Source of the DNA: an uncultured bacterium
Lineage (GTDB): Bacteria; Patescibacteriota; Patescibacteriia; CAIQCM01
NCBI GenBank assembly: GCA_963708045.1
Contig: OY970181.1
Coordinates: 451,740 to 515,739, forward strand
DNA length: 64,000 nucleotides
Reading direction: 5' to 3'
This document shows, in pieces, positions 29,618 through 39,207 of the stretch; within the stretch, counting starts at the first letter, position 1, and each line of letters begins with the position of its first letter. The notes beneath the pieces were generated by a model. It searched no databases. It had not been told where the DNA came from and worked only from the letters and a program-made list of their open reading frames with translations. Both the position numbers and the translations under genes were made by a program.

Positions 29618-31426
29618 ATGCCAATACCTGACCAGATAAAAAGTTTTATCGTCGCACCTGACAATATAAAAAAGCGTATAGATTTAATGCGCCGTTATTC
29701 GGTATCGTTAGAGGCCAGTATTAAATTTACGAAAACCATCAATCGTCTTTATGAAAAAGAAATCGGATTAAATGATTTAATCCCTGAACTTACTAAAACG
29801 ACAGGACTACCCGAAGACACAGTTAAAAAAATAATTTTGGAATTTGCCGGCCATGAGTTTTTGCCGGCCTCGTCATATTTGGGAAATGTTAGCGAATACA
29901 TAAAAAGTATGGGTGGTGATCCCGCGAGTTATCCCGCGACGAGAATCACGATTCGTTCGCTTACGCCCGAAGAGGTTGTGTCTGAAGTTTTACATGAAAA
30001 TACCTTGCCGCTTGCGGCGCACCTAGAAGGGCGGTTACGCGAAATTTTGGAATCATTTGTGCGTGGCGTACGCAGTAAAGACGAAACAATCCATCGCTTG
30101 ACGCGCGCGGAAAAAATCGGCGGCGTGGCTTTTCTTGACGCCGATGCCGAGAAAATCGTAAATATTTTGGCCGAAAAAACCGCCAGCGTTAAAATTGATT
30201 TTTCCGCGCCGGTTGCGGCCGAGGCGAAACCTCGACCAGAAGAGGTTCCGACGCCGGTTTTGGCCGAGGTTTCGCCTCGGCCGTCCGATCAAGCTGCCGT
30301 GCCGCAAATGTTGCCGGCGGTGTCGGTATTGTCAACGATGACCGTTAGACCGCCAGAAGTAAAACGCGAAATAAGTATTTCCCAAGCTAATATTGATTTT
30401 GAACGCCGTCTTTTTGGAACGGCTGTACGCATCGCAGGCGGCGTTGGCGTCCCTGTGCCAAAAGAACTTAGCGATCGGTTGATGGCAATTATCGTCGCGT
30501 TTCTAAAAGAAGCACGCAAGTCGGGCGACACCTTAGCAACCTTAAAAAAGACCACCACCTCGGGGGGAATGGGTTTTGACGATGTCATCGCGCAAAAAAC
30601 GATTGGTCTTTTAAATGACGAACTCAAAAAGATTCAGTTGGAAAACGCCATGGTGATGAAAAAAGAAAAAGAAGATTTTTCTAAAAAACAAAACGCCGAG
30701 ATGCTGGAAAGAGAAAACGCCCGTCAAAATGCGGAGATTGCCGAGCGTGATAAATTATACTCAAAACTTTCTGGTAAAAATCCATTTGCTTTCAAAATTG
30801 CGCCGAAAACTGAAAACGCCGCGCGTTCAATAACGCTGGCGAAAATTGTGCCGCCGCCGGTTCCCCCGGTTGCTCCTTCTGCTCCCGAGGCGAAACCTCG
30901 GCAGGAAGAGGTTTTGACCGAACAAGTAGCGCCTCAAGTTGTGCCAGAAGTAGTTTTGGCTCGCCCGGTTGCGCCATTGGCTCGGGTTGTGCCGCCGCCG
31001 GTTTCGCCCGTACCAAGTCCTTCGTTGCCGCCGCCGGTTTTTGTCCCGCCACCCGTTGCGCCACTTCCAAAAATGCAGGATATTCGCAAAACCGCTTTGC
31101 ATCTTACGGGTCCGGCTGAAGAACTCCGCAATATGAATTTGCAAGATTTTCGTCGGCTTTCTTCTAATTCAGAAGAAGCTTGCCGAAAATTAAATGACAA
31201 AGTGCTTCTTTTGGACGAACAATCTTATGCCGATCGCGCCGAAGGCGTAAAAGCTTGGCAAGAATCGCCGCTTTACAAGCTTTATCTTTCAATTTTGAAT
31301 GAATCGTTTGGTGGCGGCGGGGGAGTGTCGGCAGTGATTCGTGCGCGTGAAACAAGTAACAAGGAATCGCTCACCGAAGCCGAAGTTCGTGCTATAATGG
31401 TATTGAATCGCAAACTAAAGAGTTAA
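29618..31426 (+). CDS. hypothetical protein with Pro-rich repeats (possible T4SS structural component)
   Basis: 602 aa; repeated EAKPRPEEV and PPPV stretches, also visible as nucleotide repeats at about 30225 and 30886; lies between the VirB6-like and VirB3-like genes. Confidence 0.5.
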   Translation: MPIPDQIKSFIVAPDNIKKRIDLMRRYSVSLEASIKFTKTINRLYEKEIGLNDLIPELTKTTGLPEDTVKKIILEFAGHEFLPASSYLGNVSEYIKSMGGDPASYPATRITIRSLTPEEVVSEVLHENTLPLAAHLEGRLREILESFVRGVRSKDETIHRLTRAEKIGGVAFLDADAEKIVNILAEKTASVKIDFSAPVAAEAKPRPEEVPTPVLAEVSPRPSDQAAVPQMLPAVSVLSTMTVRPPEVKREISISQANIDFERRLFGTAVRIAGGVGVPVPKELSDRLMAIIVAFLKEARKSGDTLATLKKTTTSGGMGFDDVIAQKTIGLLNDELKKIQLENAMVMKKEKEDFSKKQNAEMLERENARQNAEIAERDKLYSKLSGKNPFAFKIAPKTENAARSITLAKIVPPPVPPVAPSAPEAKPRQEEVLTEQVAPQVVPEVVLARPVAPLARVVPPPVSPVPSPSLPPPVFVPPPVAPLPKMQDIRKTALHLTGPAEELRNMNLQDFRRLSSNSEEACRKLNDKVLLLDEQSYADRAEGVKAWQESPLYKLYLSILNESFGGGGGVSAVIRARETSNKESLTEAEVRAIMVLNRKLKS

Positions 31427-31493
31427 ATGAAATAATTAAGAAGTTTGCTATTAATCTTCTAACGTCTAATCTCTAACGTCTAATCTCTAAAAA

Positions 31494-31931
31494 ATGCCCC
31501 AACAGTTCGTTGTCCCGCAATTTATTGATGTTGAAGATAAAATCATCGGGCCGATTACCACCCGTCAGTTTTTAATTTTGCTCGCAACCTCGCTTATCTT
31601 ATTTATAATGTACGCGATTTTGGCGATGGCTTATTTTATCGGTTTTGGTTTGCCAATTTTGGTCGTCGGAATTGTGTTTTCTTTTGCAAAAATTAACGGC
31701 CAGCCTTTTCATTATTTTTTTCTTAACGTAATTCAAACTAGCCGCAAACCAAAATTACGCGTTTGGTATAAAGAAGAAACCAATGTTGAGCTAATGGCGC
31801 GCATTTCCGCGCCGCCCGCGCCACCCTCTGTTCCGACATTAACCAAAGAAAGAGCAACCAGTTCGCGTTTACAAGAATTAACGCTTATCGCCAATACCGG
31901 CGGCGTTTATCGCCCCGAGGATTGGGTGTGA
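31494..31931 (+). CDS. VirB3/PrgI/TcpE-like small T4SS membrane protein
   Basis: FIDVEDKIIGPITTRQFLILLATSLILFIMYAI fits the PrgI/TcpE pattern E.KI.Gl..RQf plus two TM helices; immediately upstream of VirB4. Confidence 0.5.
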   Translation: MPQQFVVPQFIDVEDKIIGPITTRQFLILLATSLILFIMYAILAMAYFIGFGLPILVVGIVFSFAKINGQPFHYFFLNVIQTSRKPKLRVWYKEETNVELMARISAPPAPPSVPTLTKERATSSRLQELTLIANTGGVYRPEDWV

Positions 31932-31996
31932 ACAATATGAATCATGTTCCACGCACCATATACCACCAATGATGAGCGGTTAATGGTTCATGATTC

Positions 31997-32701
31997 ATGT
32001 TTCATGAAAATATGCCCGAAATGCAATCGGCAAAACTTTCAAGAGCCAAACCCGGACCGTCCACTGTCCGCTTTCTTGATATTTCCGAAATTCGTGACGA
32101 CGTCGTTGTGCTAAAAGACGGCACAGTGCGCGCTGTGCTCGCTGTTTCTTCAATCAACTTCGCGCTTAAGGCGGAAAACGAGCAAGAGGCGATTATTTCT
32201 GCCTATGTCGGTTTTCTAAATTTAATTGACCACCCGGTTCAGGTAATGATTCAGTCGCGCAAGTTTAATATTGAGCCGTACTTAAACGAACTTAACGCTC
32301 GCGAAAAAATAATTAGCAACGAGCTACTCCGTGCCCAGCTTCGCGATTATCGCGCTTTCGTTGAACAACTTGTTAAAAGCGGCGAGGCGATGAGTAAAAA
32401 ATTCTTCGTGATCGTGCCGTATGACCCAATTACTGAAAAGAAAAAGAATTTTTGGACGCGAATGGGCGAAGTTCTTTCCCCGGCCGCGGCGATTAAATTA
32501 AAAGAAAAGCAGTTTCAAGAAAGAAAAGAAGGGTTGATTCAACGGGTCACAAACGTGATCGGCGCGCTTTCGGCGATGAGTCTTACAGTAACGATGCTAG
32601 ACACACAGACGCTGATTGAATTGTATTACAGTTTTTATAATCCGGTCGCGTCCGAAACGCAAAAACTTCCTGACGCTAACGAAGTCCGCATAGAAAACTA
32701 A
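31997..32701 (+). CDS. VirB4/TrbE N-terminal domain encoded as a separate ORF
   Basis: 234 aa; a TAA stop lies 1 nt before the start of the VirB4 ATPase ORF, which is in a different frame; the combined 857 aa equals a full-length Gram-positive-type VirB4. Confidence 0.5.
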   Translation: MFHENMPEMQSAKLSRAKPGPSTVRFLDISEIRDDVVVLKDGTVRAVLAVSSINFALKAENEQEAIISAYVGFLNLIDHPVQVMIQSRKFNIEPYLNELNAREKIISNELLRAQLRDYRAFVEQLVKSGEAMSKKFFVIVPYDPITEKKKNFWTRMGEVLSPAAAIKLKEKQFQERKEGLIQRVTNVIGALSAMSLTVTMLDTQTLIELYYSFYNPVASETQKLPDANEVRIEN

Positions 32702-32702
32702 T

Positions 32703-34574
32703 ATGGCCTTGTTTGGAAAAAAGAAAACCACACCAAAAAAGCAAACCCCCGACGAACTCGCGATCGTGGCGGCGGAAAAAGTTACCCTGGAAGAAGAGCG
32801 CGTTTATCGCCGCGGCGCTGTTTCTATCCGCGACCTGATCGCGCCGGCATCGTTTGAAGTTAACCCGTCGTTTGTTCGTTTGGGCGATCTTTATGCGGCG
32901 ACGGTTTTCGTCGTTACTTATCCGCGTTACGTTTCGGTCGGCTGGTCATATCCGATTATCAGTATGAATCGGTCGCTGGATGTTTCAATGTTTTTTTATC
33001 CTGTTAAAGCCGAAGTTATTTTGAAACAATTAAAAAATAAGGTCGGCGCGCTTGAAGCCCAGATTATTATGGACGCGGAAAAAGGCGCGGCGCGCGACCC
33101 GCTTCGCGAAACGGCATTGCGCGACATTGAAAAATTGCGCGACGACCTCACCCAGGGAGTAGAGCATTTTTTCCAATACGCCTTCTACGTCACCGCTTAC
33201 GCGCGCACGACCGACGACCTAGACAAAATTGTCCAAGAAATTGATTCGGTTTTTGGTGCTAAACTAATTTTTTCAAAACGCGTTTTTTATCAATCGGAAC
33301 AGGGCTTTAATTCCTGCCTGCCGCTTGGAAACGACGAGCTTCAGATTACCTTTAACATGAATAGCTCGCCCATTGCCTCGTCCTTTCCGTTTATTTGCGC
33401 CGATCTGACCTCAAACTCCGGCGTGCTTTACGGCCTTAACAAACACAACAGCTCGCTCGTCGTCTTTGACCGGTTCTCAATGCAAAACCCCAATATGGTC
33501 GTCTTTGCCACGTCCGGCGCGGGAAAATCATTTGCTGTCAAACTGGAAATTTTACGGTCACTCATGCTTGGCACGGACGTTATCGTGATTGACCCAGAAA
33601 TGGAATACAAACATTTGTCCGACGCTGTCGGCGGCACCTACATTAGTATTTCGCTTTCGTCCGACTCCAAGATCAATCCTTTTGACCTGCCGCGGCCAAT
33701 GGATCAAACGCAAACGGCCGAAGATATTATTAGGAGCGCGGTCATTACCGTCAAAGGTTTGCTCCGTATTATGCTTGGTGCGATCACAACGGCCGAAGAT
33801 TCAATTTTGGACCGGGCACTACTTGAAGCATATGCCAAGAAAGACATTGTCCCGGGCATTAATCCGCTTGAGCTCGGACAATACGAACCGCCGATTCTTC
33901 AAGATCTTGAAGAAGTGCTTTCGGGAATGGTTGGCACGACCGATCTTGTTGAACGGTTAAAGAAATATACCGACGGAACTTTTGCTGGGCTTTTAAATTC
34001 GCCGACAACGGTTGATATGAAAAACCAGTTCGTGATTTTTTCCGTGCGCGATCTTGAAGACGAACTTCGTCCGATGGCGATTTACACGATTGTTAGCTAT
34101 ATTTGGAACGTCGTTCGCTCGGTCAGCAAAAAGCGCATTCTCGTGATTGACGAAGCGTGGTGGCTAATGCAACACGAGGATTCGGCCAAATTTATTTTCG
34201 CGCTCGTTAAGCGCTGTCGCAAATATTACCTTGGCGTTACGACGATTACGCAGGACGTTAATGACTTTTTAACTTCTACCTACGGGCAGGCGATTATCAA
34301 CAACTCGGCTATTCAGCTTCTGCTAAAGCAGTCGCCAGCGGCAATTGACCTTATTCAAAAGACGTTTATGCTCACCGACACGGAAAAATATTTGCTTTTA
34401 GAGTCCGATGTCGGTAATGGAATTTTCTTTGCCGGTTCGTCGCACGTTGGAATTCAAGTTATTTCTTCGTACACCGAAGAACAGCTTATTACGACCGACC
34501 CGCGCCAACTGCTTGAAATTGAAGAGGAGAAAAAACGTTTTGCCGAAGAAAATGCGCCCCCCGCGCAACAATAA
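32703..34574 (+). CDS. virB4: VirB4-family type IV secretion ATPase (C-terminal ATPase part)
   Basis: Walker A VVFATSGAGKSF; Walker B/DEAW box RILVIDEAWWLM; typical VirB4 length and organisation. Confidence 0.8.
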   Translation: MALFGKKKTTPKKQTPDELAIVAAEKVTLEEERVYRRGAVSIRDLIAPASFEVNPSFVRLGDLYAATVFVVTYPRYVSVGWSYPIISMNRSLDVSMFFYPVKAEVILKQLKNKVGALEAQIIMDAEKGAARDPLRETALRDIEKLRDDLTQGVEHFFQYAFYVTAYARTTDDLDKIVQEIDSVFGAKLIFSKRVFYQSEQGFNSCLPLGNDELQITFNMNSSPIASSFPFICADLTSNSGVLYGLNKHNSSLVVFDRFSMQNPNMVVFATSGAGKSFAVKLEILRSLMLGTDVIVIDPEMEYKHLSDAVGGTYISISLSSDSKINPFDLPRPMDQTQTAEDIIRSAVITVKGLLRIMLGAITTAEDSILDRALLEAYAKKDIVPGINPLELGQYEPPILQDLEEVLSGMVGTTDLVERLKKYTDGTFAGLLNSPTTVDMKNQFVIFSVRDLEDELRPMAIYTIVSYIWNVVRSVSKKRILVIDEAWWLMQHEDSAKFIFALVKRCRKYYLGVTTITQDVNDFLTSTYGQAIINNSAIQLLLKQSPAAIDLIQKTFMLTDTEKYLLLESDVGNGIFFAGSSHVGIQVISSYTEEQLITTDPRQLLEIEEEKKRFAEENAPPAQQ

Positions 34575-34578
34575 TAAT

Positions 34579-35154
34579 ATGGATAGACGCACTAAATTTG
34601 TTTTTCTTTTTGGAGCCGGCGCGATCGCGATCGCAGCGATTCTAGTTTTTATTTTTTGGCCGAGTAGTACCCCCACCCCTGCGCCGGGTGCGAATACAAA
34701 CGCGGGCACAGGATCACTTTCGCCAAGTACGACGACAAACGTAAACGCACCCTCCGCCCCGCGCCCGATGACTGATATTGAAAAAGCCGCGACCCAGCCC
34801 AAAACCATCGCCATTACTTTTGCCGAACGTTTTGATAGTTATTCCAGTCAAAGCAATTTGAAAAATTTGGACGATCTCGCGCCGCTTGTTACCGCCGAGG
34901 CGTATAAATTTATTGATACCGATTATCGCGCCAAGCTTTTAAAAACGTTTCCCCCAAAAAATGCCTATTTGGGCGTCTCCGCCAAAGTAATCAGCGTTCG
35001 TCAACTTTCTTTTGACGGAACGACCGCTGATTTTGAATTAAGTATGCAAGAAGTTTGGTCAGGAACGGTGAGCGAAACAAAATATACGACGCTTGAAATT
35101 AAATTAATAAAAGACGAGGCAAGTTGGTTGGTAAATTTCTTCAAATGGAAATAA
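34579..35154 (+). CDS. hypothetical membrane-anchored protein
   Basis: ATG 34579, 4 nt after the VirB4 stop; TM helix FVFLFGAGAIAIAAILVFIFW; Pro/Thr-rich linker. Confidence 0.5.
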   Translation: MDRRTKFVFLFGAGAIAIAAILVFIFWPSSTPTPAPGANTNAGTGSLSPSTTTNVNAPSAPRPMTDIEKAATQPKTIAITFAERFDSYSSQSNLKNLDDLAPLVTAEAYKFIDTDYRAKLLKTFPPKNAYLGVSAKVISVRQLSFDGTTADFELSMQEVWSGTVSETKYTTLEIKLIKDEASWLVNFFKWK

Positions 35155-35861
35155 ACACCTTCTCAAGCCGAAGAGGAGCAACACAAATTCTCCGCGCCGC
35201 GCTTGATGCTGTTCTTCCGGTCTATTGCGTTGGTTGTAAAGAGGAAGGGAAGATTTTATGTGCAAATTGTCGGAGCGCGATTACTCGCGCTCCGCTTTTT
35301 ATTTGTAGCGCCTGCGGGCTTTTTTCGCCGGCTGGAACAACACATCCCGATTGCCAAACAAAAACGCCGCTCTCGTCGCTGATCGCGCCTTACCCGTATG
35401 CCAATCCGCTTGTCCGTAATCTGATAAAAAATTTTAAATACCGCGGCGCGGGGGAGAGTAAAAAAATTATTGCAGATCTTTCCGCCGCGTCGGCAAACGC
35501 CCTGCGCTTGTTATTTTCAGAAAACGCGATTGTCGTCGCGATGCCGCTTCATATTCGTCGTGAGCGCGAGCGCGGTTTTAATCAGTCGGAGGTTATTGGC
35601 CGAGCGGTTGCTACCGCGCTTGGGTTTAAATTTGACAGTGAAATTATTTGTCGGACGCGGCGGACTGACGAGCAGGCGCGCTTGCCGTTTCACGAGCGCG
35701 CGGAAAATTGTGAAAATGCTTTTCGTGCTAAGCCGACAAGCGGAACAATTATTTTGGTTGACGACGTCGTCACAACCGGCGCGACAATGAAAGCCGCCGC
35801 CCTTGCTTTAAAATCCGCCGGCGCCGAGCGCGTTGTTGGTTTCGCCCTCACGCACGGATGA
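35145..35861 (+). CDS. comFC: ComF family protein (competence, phosphoribosyltransferase domain)
   Basis: N-terminal Cys4 zinc ribbon YCVGCKEEGKILCANC...CSACG; C-terminal PRTase motif ILVDDVVTTGATM. Confidence 0.75.
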   Translation: MEINTFSSRRGATQILRAALDAVLPVYCVGCKEEGKILCANCRSAITRAPLFICSACGLFSPAGTTHPDCQTKTPLSSLIAPYPYANPLVRNLIKNFKYRGAGESKKIIADLSAASANALRLLFSENAIVVAMPLHIRRERERGFNQSEVIGRAVATALGFKFDSEIICRTRRTDEQARLPFHERAENCENAFRAKPTSGTIILVDDVVTTGATMKAAALALKSAGAERVVGFALTHG

Positions 35862-35883
35862 GGGATATAAAAAACATATTTTT

Positions 35884-36034
35884 AAAACAGAACTCTCCCT
35901 ACCCTCCCTTTTACCAAAGGGAGGGCTAAAGATTTTTTGTTTCGCATTAGATCCTCTTTGCATAATGGTAGCCTTGTGAGATACAACCAGTCTTAGCCCA
36001 CTCTTTGCAAAAGAGGGGGTAGGGGGAGTTCGTT
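35884..36034 (+). repeat. repeat family A, copy B (arms in R...L order with a 65-bp spacer)
   Basis: aaaacagaactctccctaccctcccttttaccaaagggagggctaa ... cttagcccactctttgcaaaagagggggtagggggagttcgtt. Confidence 0.75.
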
Positions 36035-36050
36035 CATCCTATCTTAAAAT

Positions 36051-37094
36051 CTACTTCCACTGATAATGCGTCCATGCCCATTTGGCGAGGGCGTCGGCGT
36101 CGCTCATGCTTGTGGCGAGTTTGGGTTCGCCAAAAATTACCAAAATCAGTTCGCGTGGCGCGCCTTTGGCGCTCTTTAGTCCGACGGCGAGGTTCCAGCC
36201 GACCTCGGCGCCAAGATAGCCGGTTTTGCTCGCAGTAACGAGGATGTCATCATATTCGGGCAAGGTAAGAAGCGCGTCGCTGTTTTTAACAACTAATTTT
36301 TTTCGGCTCGGAAGTTTATATAAAGTGCGTTTCGCGGTTGTGGTAAAACGGCGAATCGCGTCTTTTCCAAAGATGGACTGGGCGAGCGCGGCAAATTCCC
36401 GCGGCGTGGAAATATTATTTTCATTAAGGCCAGTGGGGTCGGCAAAAATGGTGCGGTTTAGCCCAAGCACTTGAGCCGCCGCGTTCATCGCGGTAACAAA
36501 TTTTTCACGCGAAAGTCCGGTTGCATCGGCAAGGGCGTTTGCCGCGTCGTTAGCCGAAGGAAGCAGGGCTGCGTAAAAAAGATCGTTCACGCTAAATTTG
36601 GTTCCGGCGGGCACACCAAGCCGCGAGCCGCCGACTTGATCGTCCGCGGTAATTGTTTGGATTTTTGTAAGCGGCACCTTGCGTGAAAGAACAATGTTGG
36701 CCGTCATCAATTTGGTTAGCGAGGCAATAGCGCGGGGCGCATTGGCGTTTTTTTCGGACAAAATTAACCCAGTCGCTTTATCAATAATGATATAGCTAGC
36801 TGCGGAAACGTCGGGTGCTGGGGTTGTGTTAATAGGTGTTGGAATTTTTCCGGTCGGTTTGTAGAAAAGCAATTTTTTGTCTTCACGCCAGCCATATTGT
36901 TTTGCCCAATCCTCCAAACCAAGCGCCGAAGTATTTGCTTCGGGTTTTGTTAAATATGTTTTTTCGTCAAAAAGCGTTTGTAGGTCGGCGCGCTCGGCGT
37001 AAAGTGATTTAAGATACGGCCCAACTGCCGCCTTGGTGGTAAAGGGGATAATCGCCGCAAAAAATATTAATATAGCGAAGATCGTTTGGCGCAT
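36051..37094 (-). CDS. dacA: D-alanyl-D-alanine carboxypeptidase (S11 / PBP5-like)
   Basis: Signal MRQTIFAILIFFAAIIPFTT; SxxK active-site motif ASLTK; start taken at an internal Met of the track ORF. Confidence 0.7.
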   Translation of the reverse strand: MRQTIFAILIFFAAIIPFTTKAAVGPYLKSLYAERADLQTLFDEKTYLTKPEANTSALGLEDWAKQYGWREDKKLLFYKPTGKIPTPINTTPAPDVSAASYIIIDKATGLILSEKNANAPRAIASLTKLMTANIVLSRKVPLTKIQTITADDQVGGSRLGVPAGTKFSVNDLFYAALLPSANDAANALADATGLSREKFVTAMNAAAQVLGLNRTIFADPTGLNENNISTPREFAALAQSIFGKDAIRRFTTTAKRTLYKLPSRKKLVVKNSDALLTLPEYDDILVTASKTGYLGAEVGWNLAVGLKSAKGAPRELILVIFGEPKLATSMSDADALAKWAWTHYQWK

Positions 37095-37199
37095 AGAATA
37101 AAAGTATACTACAAAAATCTTGTTTGCGCGCTCAAATAAAATTAACAAACAAAAAATCAGCCGCTGGCTGATTTTTTTGGATTAATAAATATTATAGGG

Positions 37200-37769
37200 C
37201 TAGTCAATAATATTGATGATGTGTTCCAAAACTGCGCTGTAGGCATTCATATCAAAATTAGCCGGATATTTTTTGGTGAAAGTAAATAAGTTATTTTTTG
37301 CGACTTGTTTTCCTGCGCTATCTTCGTAGTAGCTATGAAAAACAAAATAATCAGTTCGTTCGCTGGGGCCAGCGTTAAGGGCGGTTGTTGTTTGGCAGGC
37401 GGTTTCAAAACTAAATCCGGTCGTTCGTTTATATACCGTATTTTCCGTAACGTAACAATCTCCTTTAAGGTGCGGATCGTCGTTTGCAAGGAGAGTGTAT
37501 GTCCAAGTTGGCGCGTAGGAACCCTTGATTGGCGCACGAAGGGTAACGCCGGTTTTGGTCGTCGTTGTTTTCCAAGCGCTGTCGTCAATCGGCGTCGCGC
37601 TCGGCGTGATTGCGGGAAGTTCGTTCATATCACTAACGGCGGGAATATTTTCCGCCGGTTTTTGATTATTTTCGTTTTTCGCGTTTGGTGACTCGTTTGG
37701 TTTGGCGCACCCGGCGCCGAGCAAGGCCATAACGGCGATTGTTCCGATAATTAAGGTGGTTTTCTTCAT
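37200..37769 (-). CDS. hypothetical lipoprotein
   Basis: MKKTTLIIGTIAVMALLGAGC signal/lipobox. Confidence 0.55.
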   Translation of the reverse strand: MKKTTLIIGTIAVMALLGAGCAKPNESPNAKNENNQKPAENIPAVSDMNELPAITPSATPIDDSAWKTTTTKTGVTLRAPIKGSYAPTWTYTLLANDDPHLKGDCYVTENTVYKRTTGFSFETACQTTTALNAGPSERTDYFVFHSYYEDSAGKQVAKNNLFTFTKKYPANFDMNAYSAVLEHIINIID

Positions 37770-37934
37770 AAAGCATTAGATTAATTCTAGTCGGTTATCT
37801 TACCACGATCCCAAGGCGCTGCAACCGCAAAGAGTGACATTGATTATTTTGTTCTAATTTGTTAAAAGAAGGGGGGTGTGGTCTTTCATATTTAGAACGT
37901 TTCAAAACCCCTAACGATAGAGGAGGATGAATAA

Positions 37935-38942
37935 ATGGCAAACGATACAGACCTTAGGACAAGTCTTGTGAAAATTCTTGACACGAACATTAGGAGAGGA
38001 AAGCTGGCTGCGTCGCTTGGTGGGCTCTTGGCTCTTTCTGACGAGCAGATGGAAGTTATAATGGATCCGATTTTTGCCTTGACGGAATTCGTTGGGGGAC
38101 GAAAGTTGAATGAAGGTACAGAAGAGCATCTTCGGCATGTAATGAGTCTTCTTACGAGTATGACCAATATGGTCAAGGGCGGTGTTCTAAGCTCGCGAAC
38201 GCTTGAGGTCTTTATTAACTTGCAGCGCGATCAACAACGGGCCGTGAATTATTTGCCAGAGCCGTTCCGTGGACCGCAACAAGTGGGAGCGATCATCTTG
38301 ATGGCAAAAGTCAGATGTGCGCGTCTTGAAATTGATTTGCCAGAAATCGCCATCGGGTGGGGAGAAAAATTGGGCAAGCCTGTTGCGCTTGATGGTGAAT
38401 TTCCAGGGAAACATCCGTGTATGATGCCGGTGACATTTGCCGCTGACAATGGGATGAATCGGATCATTGAGAATCCTCAAGAGTATTTCGGCATTCATCC
38501 GGCACTGCGTTCTGGGTGTTCAACAGCTCCACTCGTCGCTTCTTGTGAAAGGTGGCCGATGGAAAATAGTTTTGCTTTTTCGCCCTTGCCTACTTGGGCC
38601 GCCGATGATAGCGGAAAAAAGTTTTGGTTGGAAAATCATACTTGGCCAGAACAGCAAGACGAGCTCCGTAGACTGCAACGACAGTATCCTAATTTTACAG
38701 TGCGTTTTGCGCGCCTGCACGAGTTAGTGTTCATTGATTTGTGCTGGCGTCTGGCGACACTGTGCTCGCCTATGCACATTTTTAGTTTCCGCTGTGAGAA
38801 TCCGGCCGATGGGAAAAATTGTTTGACCTACGGCGGCGTTGATCAGTATGGAGGCGAGATTGAAACGGAAAGAGATTCGGCCAGACTTGAGCATGGCGTT
38901 CTGCCGTTGTTCTTTGTCAAAGGCGAGAAGAAAAAGAAGTAG
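37935..38942 (+). CDS. hypothetical protein
   Basis: 335 aa ORF; no recognisable motif. Confidence 0.45.
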   Translation: MANDTDLRTSLVKILDTNIRRGKLAASLGGLLALSDEQMEVIMDPIFALTEFVGGRKLNEGTEEHLRHVMSLLTSMTNMVKGGVLSSRTLEVFINLQRDQQRAVNYLPEPFRGPQQVGAIILMAKVRCARLEIDLPEIAIGWGEKLGKPVALDGEFPGKHPCMMPVTFAADNGMNRIIENPQEYFGIHPALRSGCSTAPLVASCERWPMENSFAFSPLPTWAADDSGKKFWLENHTWPEQQDELRRLQRQYPNFTVRFARLHELVFIDLCWRLATLCSPMHIFSFRCENPADGKNCLTYGGVDQYGGEIETERDSARLEHGVLPLFFVKGEKKKK

Positions 38943-39039
38943 CAGGGTTAGTTTTTTTCTCGCAGACAATTTATCGTCAACATAACGGCGCGTCCCAACC
39001 AGGACGCGCCGTAAATATTAGATGGCGTCATCCCGAGTG

Positions 39040-39200
39040 ATAACGAGGGAACTCAAAGTCTCTAGCAAGCTCCGTGTTTCCTCGCCGAGCTGAGCTCGGC
39101 TGAGCCTTGGACAAAACGACCTTACAGGCTCGGAATGACGGCGGGGGTGGCGTCATTTGCGAGAAGTGAGATGGAGCGAACGATGCGGCAATCTCCTTGG
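39040..39200 (+). repeat. structured intergenic region containing REP-like family C copy 2 (39153-39196) plus two further palindromes
   Basis: cgtcatcccgag ... ctcggaatgacg inverted repeat; perfect palindrome gccgagctgagctcggc; core gtcatttgcgagaagtgagatggagcgaacgatgcggcaatctcc. Confidence 0.6.
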
Positions 39201-39207
39201 AGTATCA

